Shown here piece after piece: positions 18,324-28,294 of a stretch of 53,651 nt of DNA (position 1 is its first letter; the number at the start of each line of letters is the position of its first letter). A model generated the notes under the pieces. The model did no database searches and was not told where the DNA came from. It saw only the letters and a list, made by a program, of their open reading frames with translations. Source of the stretch: a virus. Lineage: Duplodnaviria; Caudoviricetes. Position numbers and translations under genes: made by a program. The stretch is taken from the IMG/VR virus record IMGVR_UViG_3300025417_000028, positions 1 through 53,651 of that record. One strand, given 5' to 3'.

Positions 18324-21300
18324 ATGGCTGTTCTCGTTCCTAATTTAAGCTCTGGTGGTTATGATCCTTATAGTTTCGGTATTGCCGAAACTTATTCCTA
18401 TATTCCTATTGCAAACGATCAAGGTCGTCCAATCTTTGCTAAGGCTTCTTATATTACAAATCTTAGCGATCTTGTTGTTTCTATTACAGCTGGTAATGTA
18501 GATATTGGAGCTGTTCATCTTCTCGATCACACAAACGGATTATACGCAAGTATTGCCAATATCGGTCTTGAAGGAATAGATGCTGGAGCTGGAGCAGTAC
18601 GAGTACTTACACAAGATTTTGAATCAACTATTGATGATATAACAATCGGCGATAAGAATGGCAATTTTGCTTCTGTTAACGCAGCAGCGAGTGCTCTGAA
18701 TGTATACAATGTCAATCCTGTAACAGCAGTTCAAGTATTAAACCCTGTTAGTGCTGTATCTATTACAAATCAATTAACAGGAATTACCATTCTTAACCCT
18801 GTTACTGCAATTGAAATTGCAAATGATAGCGGTAGTCCAATTCCAGTAAGTGGTTCTTTAAGTGCTACAATCTTTAACCCTGTTACAGCTGTTACTGTTA
18901 ATAACCTCAGTACATATATTGGTTCATTAACTTCTACTATAGCTACTGCTAACAATCAAATAGTAACTAATACTCTTCTCAATACTCTTACAGCTAACAA
19001 TGCAACGAGTGTTAATCAGACTGTTACAAATACTCTTCTCAATACTCTTTCAACACAAGGTGCTACTGAAATTAGCTTAGCAACAGCCGGTAACACTCTA
19101 TTAAACTCATTAACAGCAAGTCAAGCAACAGAGATTACATTACAGAAGTCTCTAACAGCTAACAATGCAACGAGTGCTAATCAATTAGTAACTAATACTC
19201 TTCTCAATAGCCTTACAGCCAATGTAGCTACTGCAAGTAATCAAAATGCTACAAACAGCTTATTGAATTCGCTAACAGCTAACAATGCAACTTCTGTCAA
19301 TCAGCTTAATACAAATAGTTTATTAAACTCACTTACAGCTAATGTTGCTACAAGTGTCAATCAAGTTAATACAAATACTCTTCTTAACACTCTTACAGCT
19401 AATGTTGCTACAGCAGTTAATCAAGTTAATACAAACACTCTTTTAAACTCTCTCACATCATCTGTAGCCACTGCAACAAATCAAACAGTAACAAACACTC
19501 TTCTTAACACTCTTACAGCTAATGTAGCAACTGCTGCTAACCAAAACACTACTAATACTCTTTTAAACGCTCTCACAGCTAATGTTGCAACTGCAACAAA
19601 TCAAACAGTAACTAACACTCTTCTCAATTCGTTAACTGCTAGTGAAACTACGTTAGTTACTTTAACTAAAGTATTAACTTCTAATAACGCAACAGCTGTT
19701 AATCAGGTAGCAACTAATACTCTTCTTAACTCTCTTACAGCTAATGTTGCAACTGCAGTTAATCAGACAGTTACAAACACTCTTCTCAATTCGTTAACAG
19801 CAAATGTAGCTACAGCTAATAATCAAGTAACTACTAATACTCTTCTTAATAGTGTTACAGCCAATCAAGCTACAGCATTAAACCAAGCTAGCACTAACAC
19901 TCTTTTAAATTCTCTTACATCAAATGTTGCTACAAGTATTAATCAAGTAACTACTAATACTCTTCTTAATACTCTTTCAACTGAGTTACAGACTAGTAAC
20001 ACTTTACTGAATACTATTTCAGCTTATACATATGCTGGAACAGTTAGTTCTTCTCCAAGATTTGTAGATATTGTTCCTAATACAAATGCTTCTCCTATTT
20101 TAACAAAGTATGCAGATTCCCTTCAACTTGATCCTCTTGGAAGACTTCGTACAGCAAATACTACCAATCAATGGTGGTATCAAGCATCTGTAGATAAGGA
20201 TGGAGACTTAAGATTTACTGAACAGTTTACTGCTCTTTCAGCACAAAGTGTTTATGTTCCAGGAATTGCTGCTATCACTTTAACTCCTGGTTTAAGTTCA
20301 ACTGGTTCTGCTATTCGTCAGACTAGAAGATACTTCAAACATCGCCCTGGTGTTGGTCACCAAGTCTTCTTTACTTTAAACTGGTCTGGTGCGCAAACTA
20401 GTGTTGTAAAGAGAATGGGTCAGTATGATAGTACTGATGGTATGTTCTTTGAATTATCAGGAACAAGTTTTAATGTTGTTGTTCGTAGAACATTAGCAGA
20501 TGGAACATTAGTTGAAGATAGAACAAATAGTGCTAACTTCAGTAATGATAAATTAGATGGAACTGGACCTTCTGGTCTTAACTTCTTTACACCAGCTGTT
20601 ACTGCTGTTAATCTATCTGCTGTTTCAGTTACTACAGTTACTCAAACAAATTATCCAAATGTCTATAATGTTGTTTTTGATACTAATGGTGTTGACCTAA
20701 CAAGTACCTATAAAGTTGGAAGTAAGATATCTGTATCTGGTGCTTCAAATAATCTTTATAATGGTATAGCATTTGTTGCTGGTACTTCTTCTACTCAGCT
20801 TACTGGTACATATACTATCAACCCTGGTACATTACCTTCTGGTAGAACAATTAGTACTTCTCAAACTCCTTGGAATATGGAGTGGACATTCTGGTTTGAT
20901 TACATTGGTGGAAGAACAAGTAGAGTAAGATTTGTTATTGCTTCACCAAGTCAAGGGCCTGTTCTTCTTCACACTTATAGTTCTGGTGGAACATTAGGTA
21001 CTCAGTTTGTTAATGATACAGCATCACCTCTAAGGTATGAAATCTTTAATACTCAAACGCAAACTGTTCTTCCAATTTTAACACTAGGAGCGGAAGCAAT
21101 AGATATCGAAGCAGAGGCTTCACAAAACCCTAACTTTACTTCTGCATTTAATAATACAGGTGTTGTTTTTAATAAGACAACAGGAACGGAGCGCCCATTA
21201 ATTGGGGTTGGTCTAAGAGCTGGTCAACCTTATCAAAGAGGAGATATTCAGTTCCAGACAATTAACTTTACTGAAAATGGTAATAATTTAAATAATGCTG

Positions 21301-21629
21301 TAAATCCTTATCCAACTTACTATTGGAGGCTTGTTCTTAATCCAACTATTACTGGTACAATAACTGCTACAAATGTTGGCAAAGCCTCTCAATCAAATAC
21401 CTATGCAGCTAATGCTACTCTAAGTGGTGGACAGCAGCTGTACAGTGGTTACTTTGCTGGTGGTGTTGGAGCTATAGAAGTACCTACATCTTTAAACTTC
21501 TTAAATATGGGCACAAATGTAACTAATACAACTCCTGATATTGTTGTATTGTGTGCTACTTTGATTGGAGATGCTCCACAGAATAACTCAACCTTATTTG
21601 CGGGTGTAAACTTCATTGAAGCGTTGTAA
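18324..21629 (+). CDS. virion fibre/spike protein with 21-aa repeat stalk and C-terminal beta domain
   Basis: 1101 aa, Thr/Asn-rich repeats, then DPLGRLR and GQYDSTDGMFFE motifs seen in phage structural proteins. Confidence 0.7.
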   Translation: MAVLVPNLSSGGYDPYSFGIAETYSYIPIANDQGRPIFAKASYITNLSDLVVSITAGNVDIGAVHLLDHTNGLYASIANIGLEGIDAGAGAVRVLTQDFESTIDDITIGDKNGNFASVNAAASALNVYNVNPVTAVQVLNPVSAVSITNQLTGITILNPVTAIEIANDSGSPIPVSGSLSATIFNPVTAVTVNNLSTYIGSLTSTIATANNQIVTNTLLNTLTANNATSVNQTVTNTLLNTLSTQGATEISLATAGNTLLNSLTASQATEITLQKSLTANNATSANQLVTNTLLNSLTANVATASNQNATNSLLNSLTANNATSVNQLNTNSLLNSLTANVATSVNQVNTNTLLNTLTANVATAVNQVNTNTLLNSLTSSVATATNQTVTNTLLNTLTANVATAANQNTTNTLLNALTANVATATNQTVTNTLLNSLTASETTLVTLTKVLTSNNATAVNQVATNTLLNSLTANVATAVNQTVTNTLLNSLTANVATANNQVTTNTLLNSVTANQATALNQASTNTLLNSLTSNVATSINQVTTNTLLNTLSTELQTSNTLLNTISAYTYAGTVSSSPRFVDIVPNTNASPILTKYADSLQLDPLGRLRTANTTNQWWYQASVDKDGDLRFTEQFTALSAQSVYVPGIAAITLTPGLSSTGSAIRQTRRYFKHRPGVGHQVFFTLNWSGAQTSVVKRMGQYDSTDGMFFELSGTSFNVVVRRTLADGTLVEDRTNSANFSNDKLDGTGPSGLNFFTPAVTAVNLSAVSVTTVTQTNYPNVYNVVFDTNGVDLTSTYKVGSKISVSGASNNLYNGIAFVAGTSSTQLTGTYTINPGTLPSGRTISTSQTPWNMEWTFWFDYIGGRTSRVRFVIASPSQGPVLLHTYSSGGTLGTQFVNDTASPLRYEIFNTQTQTVLPILTLGAEAIDIEAEASQNPNFTSAFNNTGVVFNKTTGTERPLIGVGLRAGQPYQRGDIQFQTINFTENGNNLNNAVNPYPTYYWRLVLNPTITGTITATNVGKASQSNTYAANATLSGGQQLYSGYFAGGVGAIEVPTSLNFLNMGTNVTNTTPDIVVLCATLIGDAPQNNSTLFAGVNFIEAL
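18940..20020 (+). repeat. 63-nt (21-aa) tandem repeat, ANVATAxNQxxTNTLLNSLT
   Basis: recurrent actaatactcttctcaat / acagctaatgttgc units. Confidence 0.9.
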
Positions 21630-21646
21630 AAAAGATAAGTATTAGT

Positions 21647-22495
21647 ATGTTTACAATACTGATTGGTTTGGTTGCATTGCTAGTAGCTGGTTGTGCTGCT
21701 TTCTTTTCTGTACAAGGTTTAGCTACTTTATACGCAGCTCGTTTCGTAGCTGTTTGTGTCATGGCTGGAGGACTGGAAGCTGGAAAACTTATTGCTGCTT
21801 CTTTTCTTCATCGTTATTGGAAGACCTGTGGAATACTCCTAAAGTGTTATCTTACTCTAGCTGTAGTCGTTCTTATGGCTATTACTTCTCTTGGTATCTT
21901 TGGTTTTCTTACAGGAGCTTACCAACAGAGTCATGTTAAGATTGAGATTACAGATACAAAGCAAGAAGCTCTTCAATCAAAGAAAGCTTTCATTCAAGAT
22001 GAACTTAATCAGCTTAATGATAGAATAAAGACACTGAATGAAGCAAGAAAAGCTCAAGAGTTAAGACTGCCTAATTTATCAAGACGTTCAGCTGCTCCTA
22101 TCTACGAAGATATTAAAAGATCTGGAGAAGAAATTACAGCAACAAGAACAAAGATTGATGAACTCTCTAATCAGCTTTTACAAACGAGCGAAGCTTCTAT
22201 CAATACTAAGATAGAAAGCACGAAAGAAACCGATATAGGCACTTTAAAGTATGTAGCAAAAGCATTTAACGTATCAATGGATGATGTAGTAAAATGGTTC
22301 ACTCTCGCTATTGTTTGTGTATTTGATCCTTTAGCTATTGCTCTCATACTTGCTTATAACTCTCTTATCGAGAAAACTAAACCCGTCGAATCCGAGGGAA
22401 TTAAAACTGAACCAAGAGAAGTAGAAGTTGTAGAAGAAAAACCGAAGAAGTCTCTCAGAAAGAAAATCTCAAGCTTAATTAACTATAGAGCATGA
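21647..22495 (+). CDS. membrane protein with long coiled coil (conserved T4-like type)
   Basis: three N-terminal TM helices, coiled coil, IGTLKY..VFDPLAIAL C-terminal TM. Confidence 0.7.
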   Translation: MFTILIGLVALLVAGCAAFFSVQGLATLYAARFVAVCVMAGGLEAGKLIAASFLHRYWKTCGILLKCYLTLAVVVLMAITSLGIFGFLTGAYQQSHVKIEITDTKQEALQSKKAFIQDELNQLNDRIKTLNEARKAQELRLPNLSRRSAAPIYEDIKRSGEEITATRTKIDELSNQLLQTSEASINTKIESTKETDIGTLKYVAKAFNVSMDDVVKWFTLAIVCVFDPLAIALILAYNSLIEKTKPVESEGIKTEPREVEVVEEKPKKSLRKKISSLINYRA

Positions 22496-22662
22496 GTGCA
22501 AAGTATTCAGACGCAAAAAGAAGAAATTATAGAGATCTTACTGTAGATGTTGAATTGAAAGACTTTGTTCCTTCTAAGGACATTGTAAAAGATTTTAAAG
22601 ATAAGCAAGAAGAGAAGCTTGGGTTCTTTAAAACCGTTCTAACTAATCTGTTTAAGAAGTAA
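22492..22662 (+). CDS. small hypothetical protein (56 aa, MSAKYSDAKRR...)
   Basis: translated by hand; ATGA overlap with the upstream stop. Confidence 0.55.
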   Translation: MSAKYSDAKRRNYRDLTVDVELKDFVPSKDIVKDFKDKQEEKLGFFKTVLTNLFKK

Positions 22663-22837
22663 TCTTATCTCTAAATTCTGAGATAACATCAGCATAGTGA
22701 TCTTTCTTTTGCTGAAGAATATAAAGCTCATTAGAAAGCTTATGGATTATTTCAGATTGTCTGAGTGTCTGTTCTCTAAACTCGTCGATAACCCTATTAG
22801 CAATTCTTATGTCTGTGAAGTTTGATTTGTTGTTCAT
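22652..22837 (-). CDS. small coiled-coil protein (61 aa)
   Basis: ATGA overlap with the ligase gene. Confidence 0.6.
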   Translation of the reverse strand: MNNKSNFTDIRIANRVIDEFREQTLRQSEIIHKLSNELYILQQKKDHYADVISEFRDKITS

Positions 22838-24222
22838 ATAATTTCTGAAATAAATTGACGGAGTTTACCAGCAGCTGTTCTTTTAATGTGATCAACGTAT
22901 ATAAGATCCCATTGAAGATCTCTTGCTACAGAATTTTGTTTTACTGTTGTAAGTCTAGTTAGTTCTTTTTCGTTTAGCGGTCGACTTACAACCATATGTA
23001 GTTCCAATCTTTCGTTTGTCTTTTGAATTAATTGAAATTCTCTTACTGCTTCTATGTCACAAATCTTATAGTGATCAAGATCCATTCTTTTCTTTTCTCC
23101 GTTTATTAAAAAGTAGTCTTCTGTTCTACCTACAATTCTCGTAAGAGATGGAAGTCCTCTTCCACAAGAGCAAGGAGCTCCTACTTCAGCTTCGTCTCCT
23201 ATCTCATAACGAATAAGAGGCATAGCAAAGTTATGGAGAGGAGTAACAACGACCTTTCCTATTTCTCCTGGCTTACAATGATTACCTTGTTCATCTATTA
23301 CTTCAATATAATGAACTTCAGCCATGGTGTGATAGTTTATTCCTTCAGGACATTGTAGTGCCATGTAACCTGTTTCGTTGGATGTATAGTTATTGTATAT
23401 ATGACAGTTACATACTTCCCAACATAGATCTCGAAGAGTACTATCTACAACTTCGCTCAATGTCCAAGCTGACAGAATGAAATCTAGTTTGATATTGTTC
23501 TCTTTAAAGTAAGAGAGAAGCAATCTTAGACCAGCAGGTCTCATAAGCAAGTACGATGGTTTTCTCCTTAGGACGTAATCTGCTTGCTCAGGAAGAGGGA
23601 GACTAGGCTCAACAAGTCCCATACGTCCAGTTTGTGTTATAAAAGAAACAGGAGGATTCCAACTTTTCAGTACAATACCTGATTTGTCTATTATCGAGTC
23701 TGGCTCCTTGTAAACTTGATCTCTAAACTCTCTTCTAAGTCCTCTAAAGTTGGCTATTTCTTTACTCGTGTCTGCTCTGTTCCATATCAATTCTCTTATA
23801 TGACAAGATTCCCAAATGAGAGCATCTATTCGACTTTTCTTTACACCAACTGGCTGTCCTGTTGAACCTCCAGAATATGCCATATTACTATCTCCAAAAG
23901 ACTTTGGATAAGAAGGAGCATGAAGTTGTTCTTTAAGATTTCTAACATCAGCTCTCTTTAGTGTTGGCAAGCGATTCCATATGTCTAGTGTCATTGGTTG
24001 CCCTTCTACAAAGCCAGCTTCTTTCAAGTTCTTTGCATGAAAGGGAACAGTCATAGCATGATTAGCTAAAACTGTAAGCTGTTTAAATTGATTTTTAAGA
24101 AGCTCTTCAGAGGTCAGCCATTGAGTTTCCTCGAACTGTCTTTGCAATGCCATTAATGTTGCAGCATACCCTGTTTGTATATAAGGCCATTGTATGCCTT
24201 CTATGTTTGAACTTAGATTCAT
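22834..24222 (-). CDS. phenylacetate-CoA ligase / CapK-like adenylate-forming enzyme
   Basis: SGGSTGQP P-loop, YTSNETG, PLIRYEIGD, IVGRTED, RTAAGKLR. Confidence 0.85.
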   Translation of the reverse strand: MNLSSNIEGIQWPYIQTGYAATLMALQRQFEETQWLTSEELLKNQFKQLTVLANHAMTVPFHAKNLKEAGFVEGQPMTLDIWNRLPTLKRADVRNLKEQLHAPSYPKSFGDSNMAYSGGSTGQPVGVKKSRIDALIWESCHIRELIWNRADTSKEIANFRGLRREFRDQVYKEPDSIIDKSGIVLKSWNPPVSFITQTGRMGLVEPSLPLPEQADYVLRRKPSYLLMRPAGLRLLLSYFKENNIKLDFILSAWTLSEVVDSTLRDLCWEVCNCHIYNNYTSNETGYMALQCPEGINYHTMAEVHYIEVIDEQGNHCKPGEIGKVVVTPLHNFAMPLIRYEIGDEAEVGAPCSCGRGLPSLTRIVGRTEDYFLINGEKKRMDLDHYKICDIEAVREFQLIQKTNERLELHMVVSRPLNEKELTRLTTVKQNSVARDLQWDLIYVDHIKRTAAGKLRQFISEII

Positions 24223-25160
24223 GCAACGTGTTCTTTTCTAGAGTAGAAATAGTCTAATATCTTCTTTTCAATCTCCGGCTTACCAATCATTATTGTTCCG
24301 TTAGTATTGTATATGACATCTTTTTCTATATCAATGTTGTCAAACAGTACATCATAACGATCGTAGTAATTCCTATTAATAAGCTTTCCGTGTTTATAGT
24401 GTACTATAGAACCTTTTATGTAACCAACTTTTGTGCCTCTTGATATATCAACATACTTTTGAAAAAAATCTCCATATAGTTCAGGTAGCTTCAAGCCATT
24501 CGTATAAAATTTTTCATCCATTGCTACCACCAAAAAACTATCTCCTCCACCAATAATACATCTATCAAATAGCCCTCCTATCTTGTCATAGAACTTTCTG
24601 TTGATAGCCCAAGCGTGGCCTGGATGACCAGAACGACCATATCCTAATTCAGCTGCCTTTGCGTATGATAGAAAGCCTCTTGCTTTATCAGGATCTGGAC
24701 ATTCATAATAGTTCTTAACAAATACAGATCCTTCTCCGTTCCTGTCTATCAAATCTACTTCATGGTTGTCATCTAAGAATTGTAATCTAGTCCAAGGCTG
24801 AATAATGTCATACTCTTTTAGTTTATTGATAGTATCGATATCCCAATTAGGATTAAGAAAATGAATATCTTTATCTAGCCAACAAGCGTATTCCCAATCT
24901 TCTACAGATTGAAGTCCGAGATTAATCAAGTTCTCTTTAACCCATATGGGGCTTTGTAAATCGAATTTGAGATGACTATAAATTAGGTCATTAAAGCTAG
25001 GGAGCTCAGCTTCTTTATTCCAAATACCTTCTACTAGAATAACTCGAACATGTTGATAGAAATAAAGATTCTTCAAACATAGCTCTAAATTAGTTCTATT
25101 AATTGATGCATTCGTATGATTAAAATACGGAACTACAACGTATAGCTTTTCTTCTCCCAT
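24219..25160 (-). CDS. GT-A fold glycosyltransferase-like protein
   Basis: VVVPYFN, WVKENLINLG, WLDKDIHF (DxD), GHAWAINR, IGGGD, HYKHG; start likely ATG 25160. Confidence 0.75.
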   Translation of the reverse strand: MGEEKLYVVVPYFNHTNASINRTNLELCLKNLYFYQHVRVILVEGIWNKEAELPSFNDLIYSHLKFDLQSPIWVKENLINLGLQSVEDWEYACWLDKDIHFLNPNWDIDTINKLKEYDIIQPWTRLQFLDDNHEVDLIDRNGEGSVFVKNYYECPDPDKARGFLSYAKAAELGYGRSGHPGHAWAINRKFYDKIGGLFDRCIIGGGDSFLVVAMDEKFYTNGLKLPELYGDFFQKYVDISRGTKVGYIKGSIVHYKHGKLINRNYYDRYDVLFDNIDIEKDVIYNTNGTIMIGKPEIEKKILDYFYSRKEHVA

Positions 25161-25170
25161 ATAATTCCTT

Positions 25171-25198
25171 ATTATAGTATATAGCTTTTGTTTATCAA
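25171..25198 (-). promoter_or_regulatory. sigma70-type promoter of the glycosyltransferase operon
   Basis: TTGATA-16-TATAAT, 10 nt before ATG 25160. Confidence 0.6.
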
Positions 25199-25203
25199 CA
25201 CAC

Positions 25204-25231
25204 AAAAAAAAGGGAGCCGAAGCTCCCTTTT
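25204..25231 (-). terminator. intrinsic terminator with UUCG tetraloop
   Basis: aaaaGGGAGC-TTCG-GCTCCC-T tract on the minus strand. Confidence 0.9.
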
Positions 25232-25253
25232 AATGTTGTATATCCGAAGGATA

Positions 25254-25490
25254 TTAGGCCCAGGGAACAGCGGATAATGAAAGAACTGCAGCAGCTTGCG
25301 CAGTAGCGGATTCATTTGTCCAGACACCAGCAGCAGCGTATTCAGCGTCACCCTTCCAGAGAACTACTGGACGAGGAAGACCCTTAACACGTGCAATGAT
25401 TGTCTTTTCAGCGAACAAATCACGAACGGCGAGAATTTCTACACCGGAAAGTGAAACAACTTGCTGAGGTTGTGTTACGACGTTTAACAT
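25254..25490 (-). CDS. small late protein (78 aa), possible fibre accessory
   Basis: own TAAGTA box (25564-25569), structured leader and terminator. Confidence 0.7.
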   Translation of the reverse strand: MLNVVTQPQQVVSLSGVEILAVRDLFAEKTIIARVKGLPRPVVLWKGDAEYAAAGVWTNESATAQAAAVLSLSAVPWA

Positions 25491-25599
25491 ATTATTTTTT
25501 ATTTGTTGAATGTTTATGGTTTGTTGTATTCTCTTCTCAACTTTGAGAGAGCAAACCTAAGATTACTTATCTAGGTAATGTTATTTTACACCTCTATAT

Positions 25600-25636
25600 A
25601 AAAAATATGCCTCAATCTTTCGAGAGGGGCATATTC
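25600..25636 (-). terminator. intrinsic terminator after the fibre gene
   Basis: AATATGCC...GAAA...GGCATATT followed by a T tract. Confidence 0.7.
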
Positions 25637-25654
25637 GATTATTTTTTTGTAGTT

Positions 25655-25780
25655 TTATACAGCTGTTACGACTAGCGCTCCAGCGTTTGAAACTGTTACG
25701 ATGTAAGCGGTTCCGTTAGGAGACTTCATGCGGATGTATTGAACGCCAGCGTTATGAGCTTGAAGAACTTCTTGATCGTT
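25655..25780 (-). pseudogene. orphan second copy of a fibre C-terminal module (NDQEVLQAHNAGVQYIRMKSPNGTAYIVTVSNAGALVVTAV*)
   Basis: aligns by eye with the upstream fibre C-terminus VILRSANGSRYNVFVTNSGTL; preceded by an in-frame stop. Confidence 0.6.
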
Positions 25781-25805
25781 TTACTCCACAACTATACCAT
25801 TTCTA

Positions 25806-27740
25806 TTAAATTTCTACACTTGAAAGAGTACCAGAGTTTGTAACAAATACATTGTAACGAGATCCATTAGCACTTCTTAAAATTACAGAAGAAGCATCCA
25901 TTGTGTTTGGTATTACTTCTAGGTTATTTACATATGTTGTATCGGTTGTAGTTGCAGTAATATTAGAACCAATAATGTGAGAATTATTAATACTGTTTAT
26001 TAAATTACCTTGACCACCAAGAATTGAACTATAATAAGAATCACTACAGATACAATTACTATTACCACCACCAATTACAGAAGATTCTCCATCAATTGAG
26101 TTACTTGCTCCCCCACCAATATGAGAATATCCACAAGCACTAGTTATAACTGCTACGTTTATTGAATTGTTACAACCACCACCAATTGAGTCATATTGAT
26201 TTCCAGCAGTATTATGAGAACCACCAGCTATGTTTGAAGTATATCCAGAAGCTGTATTATAATAACCACCAGCTACGTTTGAAGTATATCCAGAAGCTGT
26301 ATTATGATAACCACCAGCTACGTTGGAATACTCTCCAGAAGCAGTATTACCACAACCACCAGCTACGTTTGAAGTATATCCAGAAGCAGTATTATTAGAA
26401 CCACCAGCAACGAAGGAATAAGCACCAGAAGCAGTATTACCATTACCACCAGCTATGTTTGAAGTATATCCAGAAGCAGTATTACCATAACCACCAGAAA
26501 CAACTGAATAGTTACCAGAAGCATTATTGTTATTACCACCAGCTATGTTTGAAGTATATCCAGAAGCATTATTATTAGAACCACCAGCAACGAAGGAATA
26601 AGCACCAGAAGCATTATTATTAGAACCACCACCGATTGTTGCGCAATCAGCACCATTGCAAATATGATTAGAACTTCCACCACCAATTGTTGAAGAGTTG
26701 CTGTTAACGTGAATTGTGTTGCTTTGTCCGCCACCAATTACTGAGTAAGCACTATCTCTTGTGTGATTGCAACGACCACCACCAACGACTGAAGCATACC
26801 CACTAGCGCTGTTACCTTCGCCACCACCGATTGTAGCAATATCAGCACTGACGTGGTTGTGATCGCCACCAGCGATTGTACCAGCGTGTATACAGCAGTC
26901 CCCACCGTCGTTGTTGCTACCTTCACCGCCAACAAAGTTGTACTGACCACCACCTACTGTTGATGAGCCACCGTGGACGCAGTTGTTTTGTCCACCAGCA
27001 ATTGTACCGGCCTGACCATAGCTAACATAGTTGTTTCTACCACCTGCAATTGTACCGGCGTAACCTTCAATGCAGTTATCAGCACCACCACCAATTGTTG
27101 CACAACCGTCGTAAACTTTATTAAATCCACCACCAGAAATTGTTGAACAATAATAGCCACTGTTTGTATTATGAGCACCTCCACCAATTGTGATTGCGTT
27201 GACACCGTAATTATTTGCGTGGTTATAAACACCACCAGCAATTGTACTACCGCATGCACTATAAGCAGTGAGACAGTTGCCTTCCCCACCACTAATTGTA
27301 TTAAATCCTGCAAAAGAATAAGTGCTAATACAGTTACCTGCACCGCCACCAATTGTGTTAGAAAGTGTAGGAGCCCCTTCACCACCAAAAGTTGCAATAC
27401 AGTTTGCATAACCACCACTGACAGTATTACCTCCACCGCCATAGTAATCGGTGCAATTGTTTGCACCACCAGCAATTACATCACCTTGGGACATACCGGT
27501 ATATGTACTAATAGCGTTTTGACAACCACCACCGATTGTGGAATTACCGGTATGAGAAACTGAGTTATCTCCTCTTCTGGAAATAATATTATGAGAAGAG
27601 TCTTCAGCAAAAGGACCGATAGCGCTGACAGTTGTTTTAAACTCAGCTGATCCATTTGAGCAGACGCCAACCAAGTAATCTCCCGAAAGAGGTGTTGAGT
27701 TTGTATCGAAATCGTTAAAAGTTCTTGTTGTAAGTGACAT
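25806..27740 (-). CDS. Gly-rich repeat tail fibre / beta-helix adhesin
   Basis: many (I/V)xGGxxN units of ~14 aa; N-terminal PLSGDYLVG; C-terminal LRSANGSRY module. Confidence 0.75.
   Translation of the reverse strand: MSLTTRTFNDFDTNSTPLSGDYLVGVCSNGSAEFKTTVSAIGPFAEDSSHNIISRRGDNSVSHTGNSTIGGGCQNAISTYTGMSQGDVIAGGANNCTDYYGGGGNTVSGGYANCIATFGGEGAPTLSNTIGGGAGNCISTYSFAGFNTISGGEGNCLTAYSACGSTIAGGVYNHANNYGVNAITIGGGAHNTNSGYYCSTISGGGFNKVYDGCATIGGGADNCIEGYAGTIAGGRNNYVSYGQAGTIAGGQNNCVHGGSSTVGGGQYNFVGGEGSNNDGGDCCIHAGTIAGGDHNHVSADIATIGGGEGNSASGYASVVGGGRCNHTRDSAYSVIGGGQSNTIHVNSNSSTIGGGSSNHICNGADCATIGGGSNNNASGAYSFVAGGSNNNASGYTSNIAGGNNNNASGNYSVVSGGYGNTASGYTSNIAGGNGNTASGAYSFVAGGSNNTASGYTSNVAGGCGNTASGEYSNVAGGYHNTASGYTSNVAGGYYNTASGYTSNIAGGSHNTAGNQYDSIGGGCNNSINVAVITSACGYSHIGGGASNSIDGESSVIGGGNSNCICSDSYYSSILGGQGNLINSINNSHIIGSNITATTTDTTYVNNLEVIPNTMDASSVILRSANGSRYNVFVTNSGTLSSVEI
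26200..26630 (-). repeat. 42-nt (14-aa) tandem repeat, ASGYTSNxAGGxxNT
   Basis: recurrent ccaccagctatgtttgaagtatatccagaagc on the plus strand. Confidence 0.9.
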
Positions 27741-27773
27741 ATATGTTATTATTTATTGCTTTTTGTTTGTTTT

Positions 27774-28268
27774 TTAACCTGGAATTGATACAATTCCTTC
27801 GCCTCTTTTAATTGTTATTAGAGCGCGACCTGCTGCATCCAAAATACTGTCTGCGTACCTATTAATATCAATAGTCTTATAAGCCATTACAGCACCATAA
27901 GCAAGTTGGAAATCATAGATCTGACCGTTAATTTTAAAGCCTTGTGGGAGTTCGTATGCTGATAAATTTCCTACAAAACAATTGTCAGCTGTTAATCCAG
28001 CAATTTTACAATCTGCAACAACTTCGAGTGTTTGATAAAATCCCGTATGAAGTTCTGTATCATCAATAAAAACAAAACCATTATCGTCTTCCTTTTGCCT
28101 GATAACGTTAATAAGTTCTGTTAGAAGATCATTAATATCTGGAGTTAAAGCATAAACTACTTTAGCAAAAAGAGGTCTATTCTGATCATTTTCAACTGTA
28201 ATATACGAAAATGTTTCTCCCACACCAAAATTAGGAGGTTGAGAGGCTACATCGGGTGTCAAAGTCAT
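27774..28268 (-). CDS. hypothetical virion-associated protein
   Basis: N-terminus homologous to the 18324 fibre; TAAATA 5 nt before ATG. Confidence 0.7.
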   Translation of the reverse strand: MTLTPDVASQPPNFGVGETFSYITVENDQNRPLFAKVVYALTPDINDLLTELINVIRQKEDDNGFVFIDDTELHTGFYQTLEVVADCKIAGLTADNCFVGNLSAYELPQGFKINGQIYDFQLAYGAVMAYKTIDINRYADSILDAAGRALITIKRGEGIVSIPG

Positions 28269-28294
28269 AATCTTATTTATCTTTAATTAAAAAC

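Noticed and set aside
25780-25808. Stop-codon readthrough from the fibre into the orphan tip
   Set aside because: Tandem TAA TAG stops, a different frame, and another in-frame stop before the orphan segment.
26162-27670. Alternative-frame ORFs in the Gly-rich fibre
   Set aside because: By-products of the periodic repeat sequence.
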